A DNA stretch of 64,000 nucleotides from a bacterium (GCA_965207065.1 OZ242260.1:4096001-4160000); one strand, 5' to 3'. Positions 36,893 to 47,812 are shown, numbered from the stretch's first letter. Notes: generated from the letters alone by a model not told the origin. Made by a program: numbers and translations.

Positions 36893-37255
36893 CTAGTCTT
36901 TGATCTCTACGCGAATTGCTTTGAGAGGTTTGTCTCCATGATTCTCGACTGCGTGCAAACCCTCTCTGCCCAACCAGAAAGGGATACCTTCTTTGCGATC
37001 TTCGCTGATGGCGCAGGGCTCGCCTTTCTCGTTGTAATAGGTGAGTTTCGGAAAACTCATGATGGTGAACACGCTCTCCCATTTGTGCGTGTGCTCTTTT
37101 TCCAGTTCACCAGGCTGAATCGTCACCCGCAAAACGCGAACCCGTTCGTTTTCGAAAATAATTTCGTGATTGTCAGGGGCCGCGATTACGGCATCCAACT
37201 CTTCAGACGTTCCGGGAATGTATGGAGGCCTACTTCCTGTAGCATTTTCGCTCAT
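36893..37255 (-). CDS. Cupin-like protein
   Basis: FENERVRVL, HTH, HAVEN; GGAGG RBS. Confidence 0.82.
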   Translation of the reverse strand: MSENATGSRPPYIPGTSEELDAVIAAPDNHEIIFENERVRVLRVTIQPGELEKEHTHKWESVFTIMSFPKLTYYNEKGEPCAISEDRKEGIPFWLGREGLHAVENHGDKPLKAIRVEIKD

Positions 37256-37290
37256 GTTCTAACCCTCCTATGAGATTACAATCACGTAAA

Positions 37291-38226
37291 TCATGTGAAT
37301 AATGATTTCGGCAGCATGGCGTGAACTCCTTTCACGCCGTTTACGATTTGAGTAACCCTCAAGTCAACGGCGAGGCTGCAAAGCGTATAAGCGTCATCCT
37401 TGCTCATGCCGCGTAACTCTCCCAGGAATTTTATCGTCTCCCGCAGCGCCATTTTGGCCGCGTTATCAAGGATCGGGTCGAACCCCATCAGGATATAATG
37501 CGTGTCGGTTTCTGCGCGGGGATTTTCCAGGCGCATGTCTTTTCTGACGATGATTTCCATCGTTCCCGAGAGGCCCGTTTCAATGGCCGTCAAACAGGCT
37601 TCCCCGTCTCCCTGGCAGCCATGTCCGTCGCCTACGGAAAACAATGCGCCATCGTTGAAAATCGGAAAATACGCTATGGAACCCGAGAGGAGTTCCTTGT
37701 TGTCCAGATTCCCGCCCCAGGCGCTTGGGGGATAACTCCCCACACGGCCTACGGCAGGTGGAGGTGCAACGCCGAAGTTTCCGAAATATGGCCTGAGGGG
37801 CACCTTGACGCCCGCACCCCAGTCTCCCGTTTGCGCTTCCAAATCGAGGTCCACGATTACGGTGCGGGTATACGGAAAATCCTCTGGCAATCCGCCCATC
37901 ATCGGCCTGATGGTGTTATATCCCCAGTCATACCGCGTCTTGACTTCATGGATGCGGACTTCGAGCACGTCCCCGGGTTGCGCGTCTTCGATGGCGACGG
38001 GACCCGTCATGATATGGGGGCCAAGCTCTTGGGGAACCCGTGCGATGATATCTCTCAAATTCTGGGACGCACGGTCCCCGAGTTCCGCCAGATATTCCTC
38101 ACGGCCCGATTCTGTATGAACCTCCAGCGTATCGCCCGAGCGAATGTTCATCACAGGCTCCAGAGAGGCGTCATAATAGCCCCAATGGATAGTGTCCGGG
38201 TTCGCAATCAATTCATGAGTCGCCAT
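37291..38226 (-). CDS. Acetamidase/formamidase family protein (paralog 3)
   Basis: HIMTGP, GGNLD, GDGHGCQGDGE. Confidence 0.93.
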   Translation of the reverse strand: MATHELIANPDTIHWGYYDASLEPVMNIRSGDTLEVHTESGREEYLAELGDRASQNLRDIIARVPQELGPHIMTGPVAIEDAQPGDVLEVRIHEVKTRYDWGYNTIRPMMGGLPEDFPYTRTVIVDLDLEAQTGDWGAGVKVPLRPYFGNFGVAPPPAVGRVGSYPPSAWGGNLDNKELLSGSIAYFPIFNDGALFSVGDGHGCQGDGEACLTAIETGLSGTMEIIVRKDMRLENPRAETDTHYILMGFDPILDNAAKMALRETIKFLGELRGMSKDDAYTLCSLAVDLRVTQIVNGVKGVHAMLPKSLFT

Positions 38227-39173
38227 CAACACACTCCTTCGTCAAGAATACTCTTCGGCAATATCGCATGAACGCCTTTTACCCCGTTCACAATCTGCGT
38301 GACGCGCAGATCCACCGCCAGGCTGCAAAGCGTATAGGCATCATCTTTGCTCATGCCGCGCAATTCCCCTAAAAACCGAATCGTTTCTCTTAGCGCCATT
38401 TTGGCGGCATTATCGAGAATGGGGTCGAACCCCATGAGGATATAGTGCGTGGGCGTCTCCGCGCGGGGCATTTTCAGACTCAAATCCTTTCGGACGATGA
38501 GTTCGATCCTTGCGGACATACCGCACTCCAGCGCCGAGAGACAACTCTCCCCGTCTCCCTGGCAGCCGTGACCATCACCTATGGCGAACAAAGCGCCATC
38601 CTGGAATACGGGAAGATAAACGCGAGAGCCGGCGATGAATTCCTTGTTGTCCATGTTTCCGCCCCAGATTCCCGGCGGAGTAGACGGAACACGGCCAAAA
38701 TCGCTGGGTGGAGCCACACCGAAATTACCAAAATAGGGCCTGAGCGGCACCTGCACGCCTGCTCCCCAATCCCCTGTATTCGCCTCCTTGTCGATTTCCA
38801 CGATTACTGTTCTTGAATACGGGAAATCCTCAGGCAAGCCACCCGCCAGGGGCCGGATGACGTTAAAGCCCCAGTCATAGCGCGTCCATATATCCAGAAA
38901 TCTCACCTCCAGGACGTCCCCGACCACGGCCCCTTCCAACGCGATGGGACCAGTGAGGATATGGCCTCCCAGGTCTCTCTTTCCTCGATCGGCGATGTCT
39001 CGCAAGCTTTGAGACGCTCTTTCCCGAATCGGAGATTCAAGGGTTCTAATCCCAGGTTCCGTGTGAATTTCGAGCACATCCCCCGAAGCTATGGTGAGAA
39101 CCGGAGAAAGACCGGCATCATAATAACCCCACTGTATGTTGTCGGGGTCTTGCGCAATCACATGTTCGGCCAC
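38226..39173 (-). CDS. Acetamidase/formamidase family protein (paralog 2)
   Basis: HILTGP, GGNMD, GDGHGCQGDGE. Confidence 0.93.
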   Translation of the reverse strand: MAEHVIAQDPDNIQWGYYDAGLSPVLTIASGDVLEIHTEPGIRTLESPIRERASQSLRDIADRGKRDLGGHILTGPIALEGAVVGDVLEVRFLDIWTRYDWGFNVIRPLAGGLPEDFPYSRTVIVEIDKEANTGDWGAGVQVPLRPYFGNFGVAPPSDFGRVPSTPPGIWGGNMDNKEFIAGSRVYLPVFQDGALFAIGDGHGCQGDGESCLSALECGMSARIELIVRKDLSLKMPRAETPTHYILMGFDPILDNAAKMALRETIRFLGELRGMSKDDAYTLCSLAVDLRVTQIVNGVKGVHAILPKSILDEGVC

Positions 39174-39198
39174 TGGCGGCCCCTTCCAGAAATGGAAC

Positions 39199-40134
39199 TC
39201 ATTCGAACAATGATTTTGGCACCATGGCGTGAATCCCCTTGGTGCCGTTAACGATTTGGGTGACACGCAGGTCTACCGCCAGGCTGCACAACCTGTACGC
39301 ATCGTCCGGGCTCATGCCGCGAAGCTCACCCAGGAACTGAATCGTCTCCCGCAAAGCCATCTTTGCCGCGTTATCGAGAATCGGGTCAAACCCCATCAAA
39401 ATGTAGTGCGATTCCGTCTCCGCGCGTGGGGTCTTGATATTCATGTCCTTGCGGACGTTCATCTCGAAAGTGCCAATGAGGCCCATCTCGATTCCGTTGA
39501 TGTTCGCCTCGCCATCCCCCTGGCAGCCGTGCCCATCGCCTACTGAGAACAAGGCGCCTTCGTTGAAAACCGGCAAATAAATCGTCGAGCCTGCCGTGAA
39601 TTCCTTGCAATCCGTATTACCACCCCACTCTCCTGGAGGAGACGACGGTACACGTCCAAGCTCCGGTGCGGGCGCTATTCCGAAGTTTCCGAAAAAAGGT
39701 CCGAGTGGCACCTTGACTCCCGCGCCCCAGTCACCCGTTCCACTCTCCTCGTCAATCTCGACAAGTACGACTCTGGTATAAGGAAAATCCTCCGGCAGAC
39801 CACCCACCAAGGGCCTGAAGCCATTATAACCCCAGTCATAGCGGGCTTTGACCTCTTGAACCTTGATCTCCAGCACATCGCCGGGCTCGGCGCCCTTGAC
39901 CGCCACCGGACCCGTCATGATGTGCGCCCCGGGCCCCTGTTCCATTGTCTCCAGGATCCGCCTTAGATTTCCCGAAATTCTCTCGGGATGTTTTTCCAGA
40001 AAATCCTTGCGTCCAGATTCGGTTTTCACTACGAGCGTATCGCCGGAAGCAATCGTCAAGACGGGAGCAAGGGCGGCATCATAAAAACCCCAATGGCAAG
40101 TATCGACGGTGGTATCCAGTTCATGCGTGGCCAC
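39199..40134 (-). CDS. Acetamidase/formamidase family protein (paralog 1)
   Basis: HIMTGP, GGNTD, GDGHGCQGDGE. Confidence 0.93.
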   Translation of the reverse strand: MATHELDTTVDTCHWGFYDAALAPVLTIASGDTLVVKTESGRKDFLEKHPERISGNLRRILETMEQGPGAHIMTGPVAVKGAEPGDVLEIKVQEVKARYDWGYNGFRPLVGGLPEDFPYTRVVLVEIDEESGTGDWGAGVKVPLGPFFGNFGIAPAPELGRVPSSPPGEWGGNTDCKEFTAGSTIYLPVFNEGALFSVGDGHGCQGDGEANINGIEMGLIGTFEMNVRKDMNIKTPRAETESHYILMGFDPILDNAAKMALRETIQFLGELRGMSPDDAYRLCSLAVDLRVTQIVNGTKGIHAMVPKSLFE

Positions 40135-40301
40135 AAGCACCCCTCCCCTTCATTCACAGTGATACAAAAAATATCCTGGAAGGATATCGTCAGGCGTCCA
40201 ATGAATCCCCGGGCAATTATCATCCGGTTATATGTTCTGGATTCGCCGTCGACTCTATCATCCAGGGACTTGAAGATCAAAAATCCACTTGTTGAATATA
40301 T

Positions 40302-41075
40302 TCAAGCAAGAACTGCGTTCACGAGCGCAGGCAACACATTGCCCGTTTTTCCTTGAATCCGTATGTCCGCTTTGGCATCGAAGCGTGTGGGGCCTTCGTT
40401 CACGATGATGAGGCGCGCCCCTGCTTTTCTGGCGCGCTCGGGCAAGCCGCCTGCCGGCCTGACCGCCAATGAGGAGCCGGCAACCAGGAATACTTCGGCC
40501 GCTTTGGATGCTTCAACGGCTCTGGACAACTTTTCCGGGGACAACCCCTCTCCGAAGAAAACAGCATCCGGCTTCAGCAAGCTCCCACAATCTTCACATT
40601 TTGGTATCGCTTCGCCGCCCTGAACCCGCGCGTGCACCTCGGGACGAGGCAATTTCGCTCCACACCCCACACAAACACATACATGACTCGTTCCGTGCAA
40701 CTCCACAACCTTTTCCGGATCATGACCCGCTTTTTGGTGAAGCCCATCCGTATTCTGCGTCACGAGCAATTTCAGGTGGCCGTGCCAGGACAACCTCGCC
40801 AGGGCAAAATGCCCAATGGAAGGCGGGGCGTTTCGAACCAAGTTGTACCCATCCTGAGCCACCTCCCAGTAGCGCCTTCGTATGTCCTCCGAAGCGAGCC
40901 AACGACGAATTTCGAAATCCTTCGGATCGAATCGATCCCAGATCCCACCTTTTGACCTGAAATCGGGAATACCGCTTTCGGTGCTAATGCCGGCGCCGGT
41001 AAGGCACACGGTCGAGTGAGATTCCACAACCCATGCCGCCGCTTGTTCGATGAGTTTTTCCTGGAAATCACCCAA
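40302..41075 (-). CDS. cobB: NAD-dependent protein deacylase (sirtuin)
   Basis: TGAGISTESGIPDFRS, TQNTDGLH, ELHG, two CxxC. Confidence 0.92.
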   Translation of the reverse strand: MGDFQEKLIEQAAAWVVESHSTVCLTGAGISTESGIPDFRSKGGIWDRFDPKDFEIRRWLASEDIRRRYWEVAQDGYNLVRNAPPSIGHFALARLSWHGHLKLLVTQNTDGLHQKAGHDPEKVVELHGTSHVCVCVGCGAKLPRPEVHARVQGGEAIPKCEDCGSLLKPDAVFFGEGLSPEKLSRAVEASKAAEVFLVAGSSLAVRPAGGLPERARKAGARLIIVNEGPTRFDAKADIRIQGKTGNVLPALVNAVLA

Positions 41076-41193
41076 TCTTCTTCCCCGGGTTGAAATAAAT
41101 AATAGCAATAACAACAATGAGATGTGAAATTCAGCCGCCAATTGATGTATGGTACGCAAGAATAGAGCATGTGCAAACAATAAGTGATGAATC

Positions 41194-42477
41194 GTGGGGA
41201 TAAGAAAATTGTCTGACGCGAAAAAGCACTTGTTCAGATTAACAACACTCTTCACTCTTCTCGCCTTGGGAATGGGCTTGTCCGGCTGTGCCGATTCCCT
41301 TCTTCCTAAGGTGAATGAAAGTTCCGTTAAAATCCTGAAAACCGCCATTGAAGTGGAATTTACCCAACTGACCAGAGAATTCGACCAACTCGACCAAAGT
41401 GGCGATCTGGAGCTTTGCGCTCCCCTGCGATTCGGAGTAGCGCGTTATGCCGTTTATCAGGCGGTAGAGGAGAAAAGAACCGCCTCTATGGCGCAACTGA
41501 CCCGATTCATCATGAGAGCGCGGGCGGCCATCAAGCGCGCAGAAGAGAAAATGCAAAAAAAACAATGTGTCGATAAGGATGGGGATGGACTCACTGACCT
41601 TACGGAATACCGGAAATATAAAACGAAACCTGATAATTTCGACACCGATGGGGATAACGTTTCCGATGGCGAGGAAATCCGCCGGTTTCGAACCAACCCC
41701 CTCAAAGCGGATACGGATGGCGATCTGCTCGACGATGGGGACGAGATATCACGCGGCTTGAGTCCGCTCCTCGCCGATAGCGATGGGGACGGATTCATCG
41801 ACGGCATCGAAATCGCCAATGGTTCGAACGCGCGCGATGCGTGTTCTCAGCCCCTGGATGCGCAAAATCTCGACCGTCTGCGCGAATGCGGCCCAAAACA
41901 GGTTCACGCCAAACCGGTTCAAGTTCAAACACCGCAAATACGAACTCCGTTGCCCGCACCCAAAGTAAAACAAAATTCGAAGAAGAAAAGGAAGCTCAAG
42001 GCGCAAAAACCGAAAACGAAGCCCTCCCCCAAGCCTCCCGGAGAACGAGCCTCAAACATCGAAAAAGTAAATTTCAAAGAGAGAAAAACAAAACCTACCC
42101 TCAATGGCAACGGCTCGCATCCTGAACGGAAAACTCAGGTGACTCGAAACCGCCAGGCCAGCGTGGACACTCCTGCAGACAAAGAGTCTCAAAATGAGAG
42201 CATAGATGCGAAAAGAAATCATCTTCCTGAGAAACCACAGAATGCAAATCTACACATCTTGAAGAAAGTGAATGCAGAGGGAGTACAATCAATAACAAAT
42301 CCCGAAGAATCACCGAGCCGCACACCCAATACGGCTTTACTCATGGAAAACCAAGGAAAAACGGATAATCCAGCTACGGTTCCGCCGACACCCGAACCTC
42401 CAAAGCCAGCGAAGAAAAAGAACTTTCCTTCTACGCATGAAGCCTTCCCCTCCACGATTTTTTTGAGGTTATGGTAG
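41194..42477 (+). CDS. Lipoprotein with Ca-binding DxDGDG (thrombospondin type 3-like) repeats and a long Pro/Lys-rich tail
   Basis: Lipobox LSGC; four D(T/S/K)DGD repeats. Confidence 0.8.
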   Translation: MGIRKLSDAKKHLFRLTTLFTLLALGMGLSGCADSLLPKVNESSVKILKTAIEVEFTQLTREFDQLDQSGDLELCAPLRFGVARYAVYQAVEEKRTASMAQLTRFIMRARAAIKRAEEKMQKKQCVDKDGDGLTDLTEYRKYKTKPDNFDTDGDNVSDGEEIRRFRTNPLKADTDGDLLDDGDEISRGLSPLLADSDGDGFIDGIEIANGSNARDACSQPLDAQNLDRLRECGPKQVHAKPVQVQTPQIRTPLPAPKVKQNSKKKRKLKAQKPKTKPSPKPPGERASNIEKVNFKERKTKPTLNGNGSHPERKTQVTRNRQASVDTPADKESQNESIDAKRNHLPEKPQNANLHILKKVNAEGVQSITNPEESPSRTPNTALLMENQGKTDNPATVPPTPEPPKPAKKKNFPSTHEAFPSTIFLRLW

Positions 42478-42626
42478 AGTCAAACCTGATGTCTCTGGTA
42501 AATAGATACGCCTTAATCTTTGCGGCCACATGATGCGTATTATTCGGCGCCGAACGTTGAAAATTATCGCATTGCGATTTGTATTGTTTTCATCAGCTGG
42601 AGAAGAAGAGAATAGGAGAAAAGAAC

Positions 42627-44318
42627 ATGACGGAGCAGAAAACAGTCCTGAACCGATTTAGCCGGCGCATTACCCAGCCACCCTCGCAGGCCGCCTCTCA
42701 GGCTATGCTCTACGGTGCGGGTCTGGATGAAATCGACATGAAAAACCCCCAGATCGGTATCGCCAGCATGTGGTGGGAGGGAAATTCCTGCAATTTTCAC
42801 CTCAATCGGCTTGCCGAATACATCAAGCAAAGCGTGAACGCCGAGAAAAAAATGGTCGGACTCATTTTCAATACGATCGGAGTGAGCGACGGAATCTCAA
42901 TGGGCACGGAGGGTATGAAATACTCTTTGCAGTCTCGAGATCTCATTGCCGATTCGATCGAGACCGTCGTCGGCGCGCAATGGTATGACGCTCTGGTTAC
43001 ATTGCCCGGATGCGACAAGAACATGCCCGGCTCCATCATGGCCATGGCGCGGCTCAACCGGCCCAGCCTGATGGTTTATGGCGGCACCATCAGCCCTGGG
43101 TTTCTGAATGGAGACAAGCTGGACGTGGTCTCCGCCTTTCAAGCCTACGGCGAATACTTCTCAGATAAAATCGACGAAGAACGTTTCCAGTCGGTCATCC
43201 GGCATGCCTGCCCGAGTGGCGGTGCCTGCGGGGGCATGTACACGGCGAACACGATGTCCTCATCCATCGAAACGCTAGGCATGAGCCTGCCCTACAGTTC
43301 ATCGAATCCCGCCATGAGCGAGGACAAGAAAAACGAGTGTCTCGACGTGGGAAAAGCCATTTATCACCTGCTCGAAAACGACATCAAGCCCAGCGATATC
43401 ATGACAAGAGAAGCATTCGAGAATGCGATCACCATCATCATGGCGCTCGGCGGCTCGACGAACGCCGTCCTCCATTACATCGCCATCGCCAAGGCTGTCG
43501 GGGTCGAATTCACGATCGACGATTTTCAGGAAATCAGCGACAGGACGCCATATGTCGCGGATTTGAAGCCCAGTGGACAATTCGTCATGGAAGACCTACA
43601 CGACGTCGGCGGCGTACCGGCCGTCCAAAAACTTCTCTTGAAAGAAGGCCTGCTTCACGGTGATTGCCTCACCGTCACGGGCAAGACGCTCGGCGAGAAT
43701 ATCGAAGCCCTGCCCGACCTCCTTTCCGGCCAGAAGATCATCGTGCCGCTTGCCACCCCTATCAAGAAAACGGGACACCTCCAGATTCTCTACGGGAACC
43801 TCGCGAGTGAGGGCGCTGTCGCCAAGATTACAGGTAAAGAAGGCGAGCGCTACGAGGGCCCTGCGCGCTGCTTCGATTCCGAGGAAGACGCTCTCAAAGG
43901 ACTGGAAGAAAACAGAATTCAAAAGGGAGACGTCGTCATCATCCGCTACGAAGGACCCAAGGGCGGCCCCGGAATGCGGGAGATGCTGACGGTTACGTCC
44001 GCAATCATGGGAGCCGGACTCGGGAACGACTTGGCCCTCATCACGGACGGCAGATTCTCAGGTGGCACGCATGGTTTCGTCGTCGGACACGTCACGCCCG
44101 AAGCCCAAACCGGTGGTCTGCTAGCTCTCATTGAAGACGACGATATTGTTTTGATTGACGCCCAGAACCGCGTCATGGAGCTTAAGTTGCCCGAGGAAGA
44201 GATAAAGCGGCGACGGCAGAACTGGAATGCACCCCCGATAAAATTCACGAAAGGTACACTCTACAAGTACGCCAAGTGCGTATCTTCCGCGTCGGAAGGA
44301 TGCGTGACGGACGAGTAG
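42627..44318 (+). CDS. ilvD: Dihydroxy-acid dehydratase
   Basis: [37 protein letters not shown]. Confidence 0.97.
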   Translation: MTEQKTVLNRFSRRITQPPSQAASQAMLYGAGLDEIDMKNPQIGIASMWWEGNSCNFHLNRLAEYIKQSVNAEKKMVGLIFNTIGVSDGISMGTEGMKYSLQSRDLIADSIETVVGAQWYDALVTLPGCDKNMPGSIMAMARLNRPSLMVYGGTISPGFLNGDKLDVVSAFQAYGEYFSDKIDEERFQSVIRHACPSGGACGGMYTANTMSSSIETLGMSLPYSSSNPAMSEDKKNECLDVGKAIYHLLENDIKPSDIMTREAFENAITIIMALGGSTNAVLHYIAIAKAVGVEFTIDDFQEISDRTPYVADLKPSGQFVMEDLHDVGGVPAVQKLLLKEGLLHGDCLTVTGKTLGENIEALPDLLSGQKIIVPLATPIKKTGHLQILYGNLASEGAVAKITGKEGERYEGPARCFDSEEDALKGLEENRIQKGDVVIIRYEGPKGGPGMREMLTVTSAIMGAGLGNDLALITDGRFSGGTHGFVVGHVTPEAQTGGLLALIEDDDIVLIDAQNRVMELKLPEEEIKRRRQNWNAPPIKFTKGTLYKYAKCVSSASEGCVTDE

Positions 44319-44326
44319 GCACAGAC

Positions 44327-44365
44327 CCCAAAAAGAGGGGAGTCGTTTTCTCCCCTTTTTTTGGG
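44327..44365. terminator. Bidirectional intrinsic terminator
   Basis: CCCAAAAAGAGGGGAG ... CTCCCCTTTTTTTGGG between convergent genes. Confidence 0.85.
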
Positions 44366-44377
44366 ATGCAATGCCGT

Positions 44378-44842
44378 CTACGACCCGCCGCTGTTCTTAC
44401 TCCGGTTGGCGAATTCCTTAAAATACCCTCCGATGGAGGAAGCAGCCCAGTCAAAACCAATCTCCTGGGCTTTTTGCAGCACCTCGTCTCCGCTCAAGTC
44501 TTCTTCTTCGGCCAGATGAACAAGCGAGCAAATCCCGGCTCGCCCAACTCCTTTTCAGTGAACGTATACCGGACCGTCTTTCCTGGCCTCACGGAGCGCT
44601 TCATGGATTTGTCCCGATAAGGCATCATTCATGTTTGCGGCATTCACGGGAATATTCACAAAGTTCATTCCTAACTCTTGGGCCGCCTCTCGTTCCGCAT
44701 CGGGCGGCAACTCCGGTTCTTCCTCATCGGCGAAACGCAAATTGACGAGGGTTTTCATCCCATTATCCGCCAGATGCTCCAGATCCTTCCGTCCTGGCTG
44801 GCTTCCGAACACCAGATTTTCTGCCAACTCAAAGTAGTCCAT
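44378..44842 (-). CDS. DUF442/Blh-type PTP-fold sulfurtransferase/phosphatase-like protein, probable selenoprotein (H-U-K-G-V-G-R)
   Basis: In-frame TGA at 44555-44557 at the catalytic Cys position; frame stays open 58 more codons to TAG 44378, right before the terminator; hairpin 44522-44545. Confidence 0.85.
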
Positions 44843-44865
44843 ACCTTTTTCCCTCAACAATATAG

Positions 44866-45708
44866 TTAGATTCGTTGCACCAGTTCCCGACAACGAAGCA
44901 GGCAGGTCGCTTTTTCATCTTCTTCGTCGCGCTTATAAATTCCAAGCAGATTGTTGATCATTCTCTCCACGATACGGCGAGGAGGGGTTTCCTGTAAAAA
45001 CCGCATATCGAAATGATACCCGAGGCTCCGCACAATCGCCGCGCAATCCCCTACGCTCAAGCGCTTCCCCCTGTCGAATGGATCCAAAAATATGGGTTGC
45101 TCATCACCTTGGTATTTCACGATAAAATGTCCCGGCATTCCAACTCCGTGAAAGGGAAGCCCCAATCGAGCGGCAAGAATCAAATACAATGCGGAAAGCG
45201 ATATGGGGATTCCGAGCCTGCGCGCCAAAACGCGATTCATGAAACTGTTCTGCGCATCATAATAATTATCCCGCTCGCCATCGAAACGAAGCTCCCCGTG
45301 TAGATACTCCACGAATTCGTCGACAATGGCGTCGGCTTTAGTTATCCCCTTCAATCGCCTCCGCAAATGATTTTCCATGCTGAGTAGTTCGTCTTTTTTC
45401 ATCTCCATGTTTTCAAGCGGATGGCCGAAAGACGCCAGCAAGAAGCACGCGTCTTCCAAATTCACATCTTCCACCGAAGAAAGAGACCAATCCGAAAAAG
45501 CAGTTTCGATTTGCCCGTAATGGAATTCAATGAGCGATGGCGGCAGTATCACATGACCCGCATCACTTTTTTTCAGTATGCCCAGGAGTCTTTTTTGCTC
45601 ATCGGCCGAGAATTCCGAAACCTGGCGGTCCAAAGCTTCCGTCACGCCCGGTGAATCATCACCCAGCAAATGACAAATGGCCTCTAATTGCGAATCACTT
45701 AATGACAA
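44866..45708 (-). CDS. SirB1/transglutaminase-like (Transglut_core2) protein
   Basis: NYYDAQNSF, RRLGIPISL, GVGMPGHF, DPF. Confidence 0.88.
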   Translation of the reverse strand: MSLSDSQLEAICHLLGDDSPGVTEALDRQVSEFSADEQKRLLGILKKSDAGHVILPPSLIEFHYGQIETAFSDWSLSSVEDVNLEDACFLLASFGHPLENMEMKKDELLSMENHLRRRLKGITKADAIVDEFVEYLHGELRFDGERDNYYDAQNSFMNRVLARRLGIPISLSALYLILAARLGLPFHGVGMPGHFIVKYQGDEQPIFLDPFDRGKRLSVGDCAAIVRSLGYHFDMRFLQETPPRRIVERMINNLLGIYKRDEEDEKATCLLRCRELVQRI

Positions 45709-45815
45709 AATAGCGTCCTTAGATTGAGCAATTGTCTCTCACCCTACCCATGCCTTTGAATTATGGTATTATCATTCGAACTTATCCACAATTCGCGCTC
45801 GACGGGAGTAATCGC

Positions 45816-47441
45816 ATGTCCACGTATGCCGATGTGGTGGCGGAGGTTCTTCTAGATGCGGGTATCGAATTCATTTTCGGTGTTCCTGGAAGTTTAAGTT
45901 CCGTCGAACTTATTGAGGCTGCGAGAAAGCGGAACATTCGCTACATCCTTTGCAGCAACGAGAGCAGTGCGGCCGTGAAGGCGGGCACGTACGGCATCAT
46001 GACGGGACGACCGGGAGTCGTGAGTACGGGCGTCGGGCCGGGGGCGGCTGCCGTCCTCCACGGCGTGGCGAACAATTATCTCGAACGCGCACCCTGCCTC
46101 ATTTTGACCGACCGTTTTTCAGATGAGCAGTTCCACCGTGAGGGTCGGCAAAAACTCGACCAGGATCGGTTGCTGCGCCCTATCACGAAAGCCACCATCA
46201 AGCTCGCAAAAGACAACGCCGCGGTAGCCATCAGGCGCGCACTGGCCTTGACCGTAGAGGGAAGGCCTGGTCCCGTGCATGTAGACCTTCCCTACGACGT
46301 CATGCTGGCGAGCGCTGAAGAAAACGATTTCCCCCCTAAGGAAGCCCCACAAAAATTTATCCGCCGCACCGGCTCGGCTCACCCTGGCATCGTCACAACT
46401 CTCGACGCAATCTCGGAGTCGAAAAACCCGATAGTGATAGCAGGCCTTCAGATAAACCGCTCGGGAAGAGAAGCAGAAAAGGAATTCGTATCTTTCACCG
46501 AAAAACTCGGAGCGCCCGTACTCGCCGCACCGTCAGCTAAGGGCATTTTGCCGGAAAACCATCCTCTCGCCATGGGCACCTTCCGGGGCGCACCCTCTGA
46601 GCGAGAATTGATAGACAAGTCGGACCTGTTCATTCTGGTGGGCTTCGACACGGTGGAAGTGTTCGCCCCCGGAAATTGGGAATATCCCCAGAAAGTGATC
46701 AATTTGGATGAAGTGCCGCATCTCGATGATTTAATTCGGCCGGAAATAGAAGTCGTCGCTCATCTCGCCGATATTCTTAGAGAGTTGAGCGCCTCCGTCA
46801 CCTCCAACCATGTCTGGAACACAGAGGAGATGGACTCCTATAAGAAAATGAGGCAATCCGCCTTGTTCCCCACCGGAGAAGGCTTGATGCCCGGCGCCGT
46901 CATTCGGATTGCGCGGGAATGCCTCCCCGACAACGGCATCATGACTGCTGATGCGGGAAGCCATAAAGTACTCGCCAACGACATATGGGAGACGAGGCGC
47001 CCTCTGGGTTATCTGACCTCCAGCGGGCTGGGTTCGATGGCTGTTGCAACGCCAGCCGCCATGGCCGCCAAATTAACCGAGCCGGGCACGCCTGTTGTCT
47101 GCCTCACCGGCGATGGAGGTTTTCTCATGCGGATTGGCGACATGGAAGTCGCCGTTCGAGAAAATATCCCATTCGTCACCGTCGTATTCAACGACCGCTA
47201 CCTGAACCTGATCAAAATCAAGCAGGACAACCGATCTTTCCCGCGCCTTGGCACCGAGTTCCGCGATACCGACTATTCATCCGTGGCGAAAGGACTGGGT
47301 TGTGAGGGCGAGAGAGTTACTTCTGAAGAAGAGTTGAAAGATGCACTAAAGCGCGCATTTTCATCCGATAAACCCTGGGTCATCGACGCCGTCATCAATC
47401 CCGACGGTTATGTAGCTGTAAAAGACGTACGCGCGGAATAA
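45816..47441 (+). CDS. Thiamine-diphosphate-dependent enzyme (acetolactate synthase-like)
   Basis: FGVPG, GPG, RPGPVHVDLP, GDGG...ND motif. Confidence 0.92.
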   Translation: MSTYADVVAEVLLDAGIEFIFGVPGSLSSVELIEAARKRNIRYILCSNESSAAVKAGTYGIMTGRPGVVSTGVGPGAAAVLHGVANNYLERAPCLILTDRFSDEQFHREGRQKLDQDRLLRPITKATIKLAKDNAAVAIRRALALTVEGRPGPVHVDLPYDVMLASAEENDFPPKEAPQKFIRRTGSAHPGIVTTLDAISESKNPIVIAGLQINRSGREAEKEFVSFTEKLGAPVLAAPSAKGILPENHPLAMGTFRGAPSERELIDKSDLFILVGFDTVEVFAPGNWEYPQKVINLDEVPHLDDLIRPEIEVVAHLADILRELSASVTSNHVWNTEEMDSYKKMRQSALFPTGEGLMPGAVIRIARECLPDNGIMTADAGSHKVLANDIWETRRPLGYLTSSGLGSMAVATPAAMAAKLTEPGTPVVCLTGDGGFLMRIGDMEVAVRENIPFVTVVFNDRYLNLIKIKQDNRSFPRLGTEFRDTDYSSVAKGLGCEGERVTSEEELKDALKRAFSSDKPWVIDAVINPDGYVAVKDVRAE

Positions 47442-47605
47442 TGAAAATTTTTTGCTTGACACAATTCTCTCAACAACGCATGTTATACACTATCTCGTTC
47501 TCCAAGATGGGGAAAGCTGCATTTCCCTGTGAATCAGAGCCCAGGCAGGGGGCTGGGCATGATATCCTCGACCTCTTGAGGGGTCTCCGCGCGGGAGGAT
47601 TGTAG

Positions 47606-47812
47606 GTGCCAGAAGGAACAGTTAAGTGGTTTAGCGACAAAAAAGGGTATGGCTTCATTTCTCGGGAAGATGGCGACGACATCTTCGTTCACTTTTCCGC
47701 CATTGTTGCGGATGGATTCAAATCACTGAAAGAAGGTGAAAAGGTCACATTCGAGATCACCCAAGGTCCTAAAGGACTTCAGGCGGCGAATGTAACCAAA
47801 CTAGAAGAATAA
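47606..47812 (+). CDS. Cold-shock protein
   Basis: [29 protein letters not shown]. Confidence 0.97.
   Translation: MPEGTVKWFSDKKGYGFISREDGDDIFVHFSAIVADGFKSLKEGEKVTFEITQGPKGLQAANVTKLEE

Noticed and set aside
45782-45790. Perfect DnaA box TTATCCACA
   Set aside because: Single box with no cluster or unwinding element; not an origin
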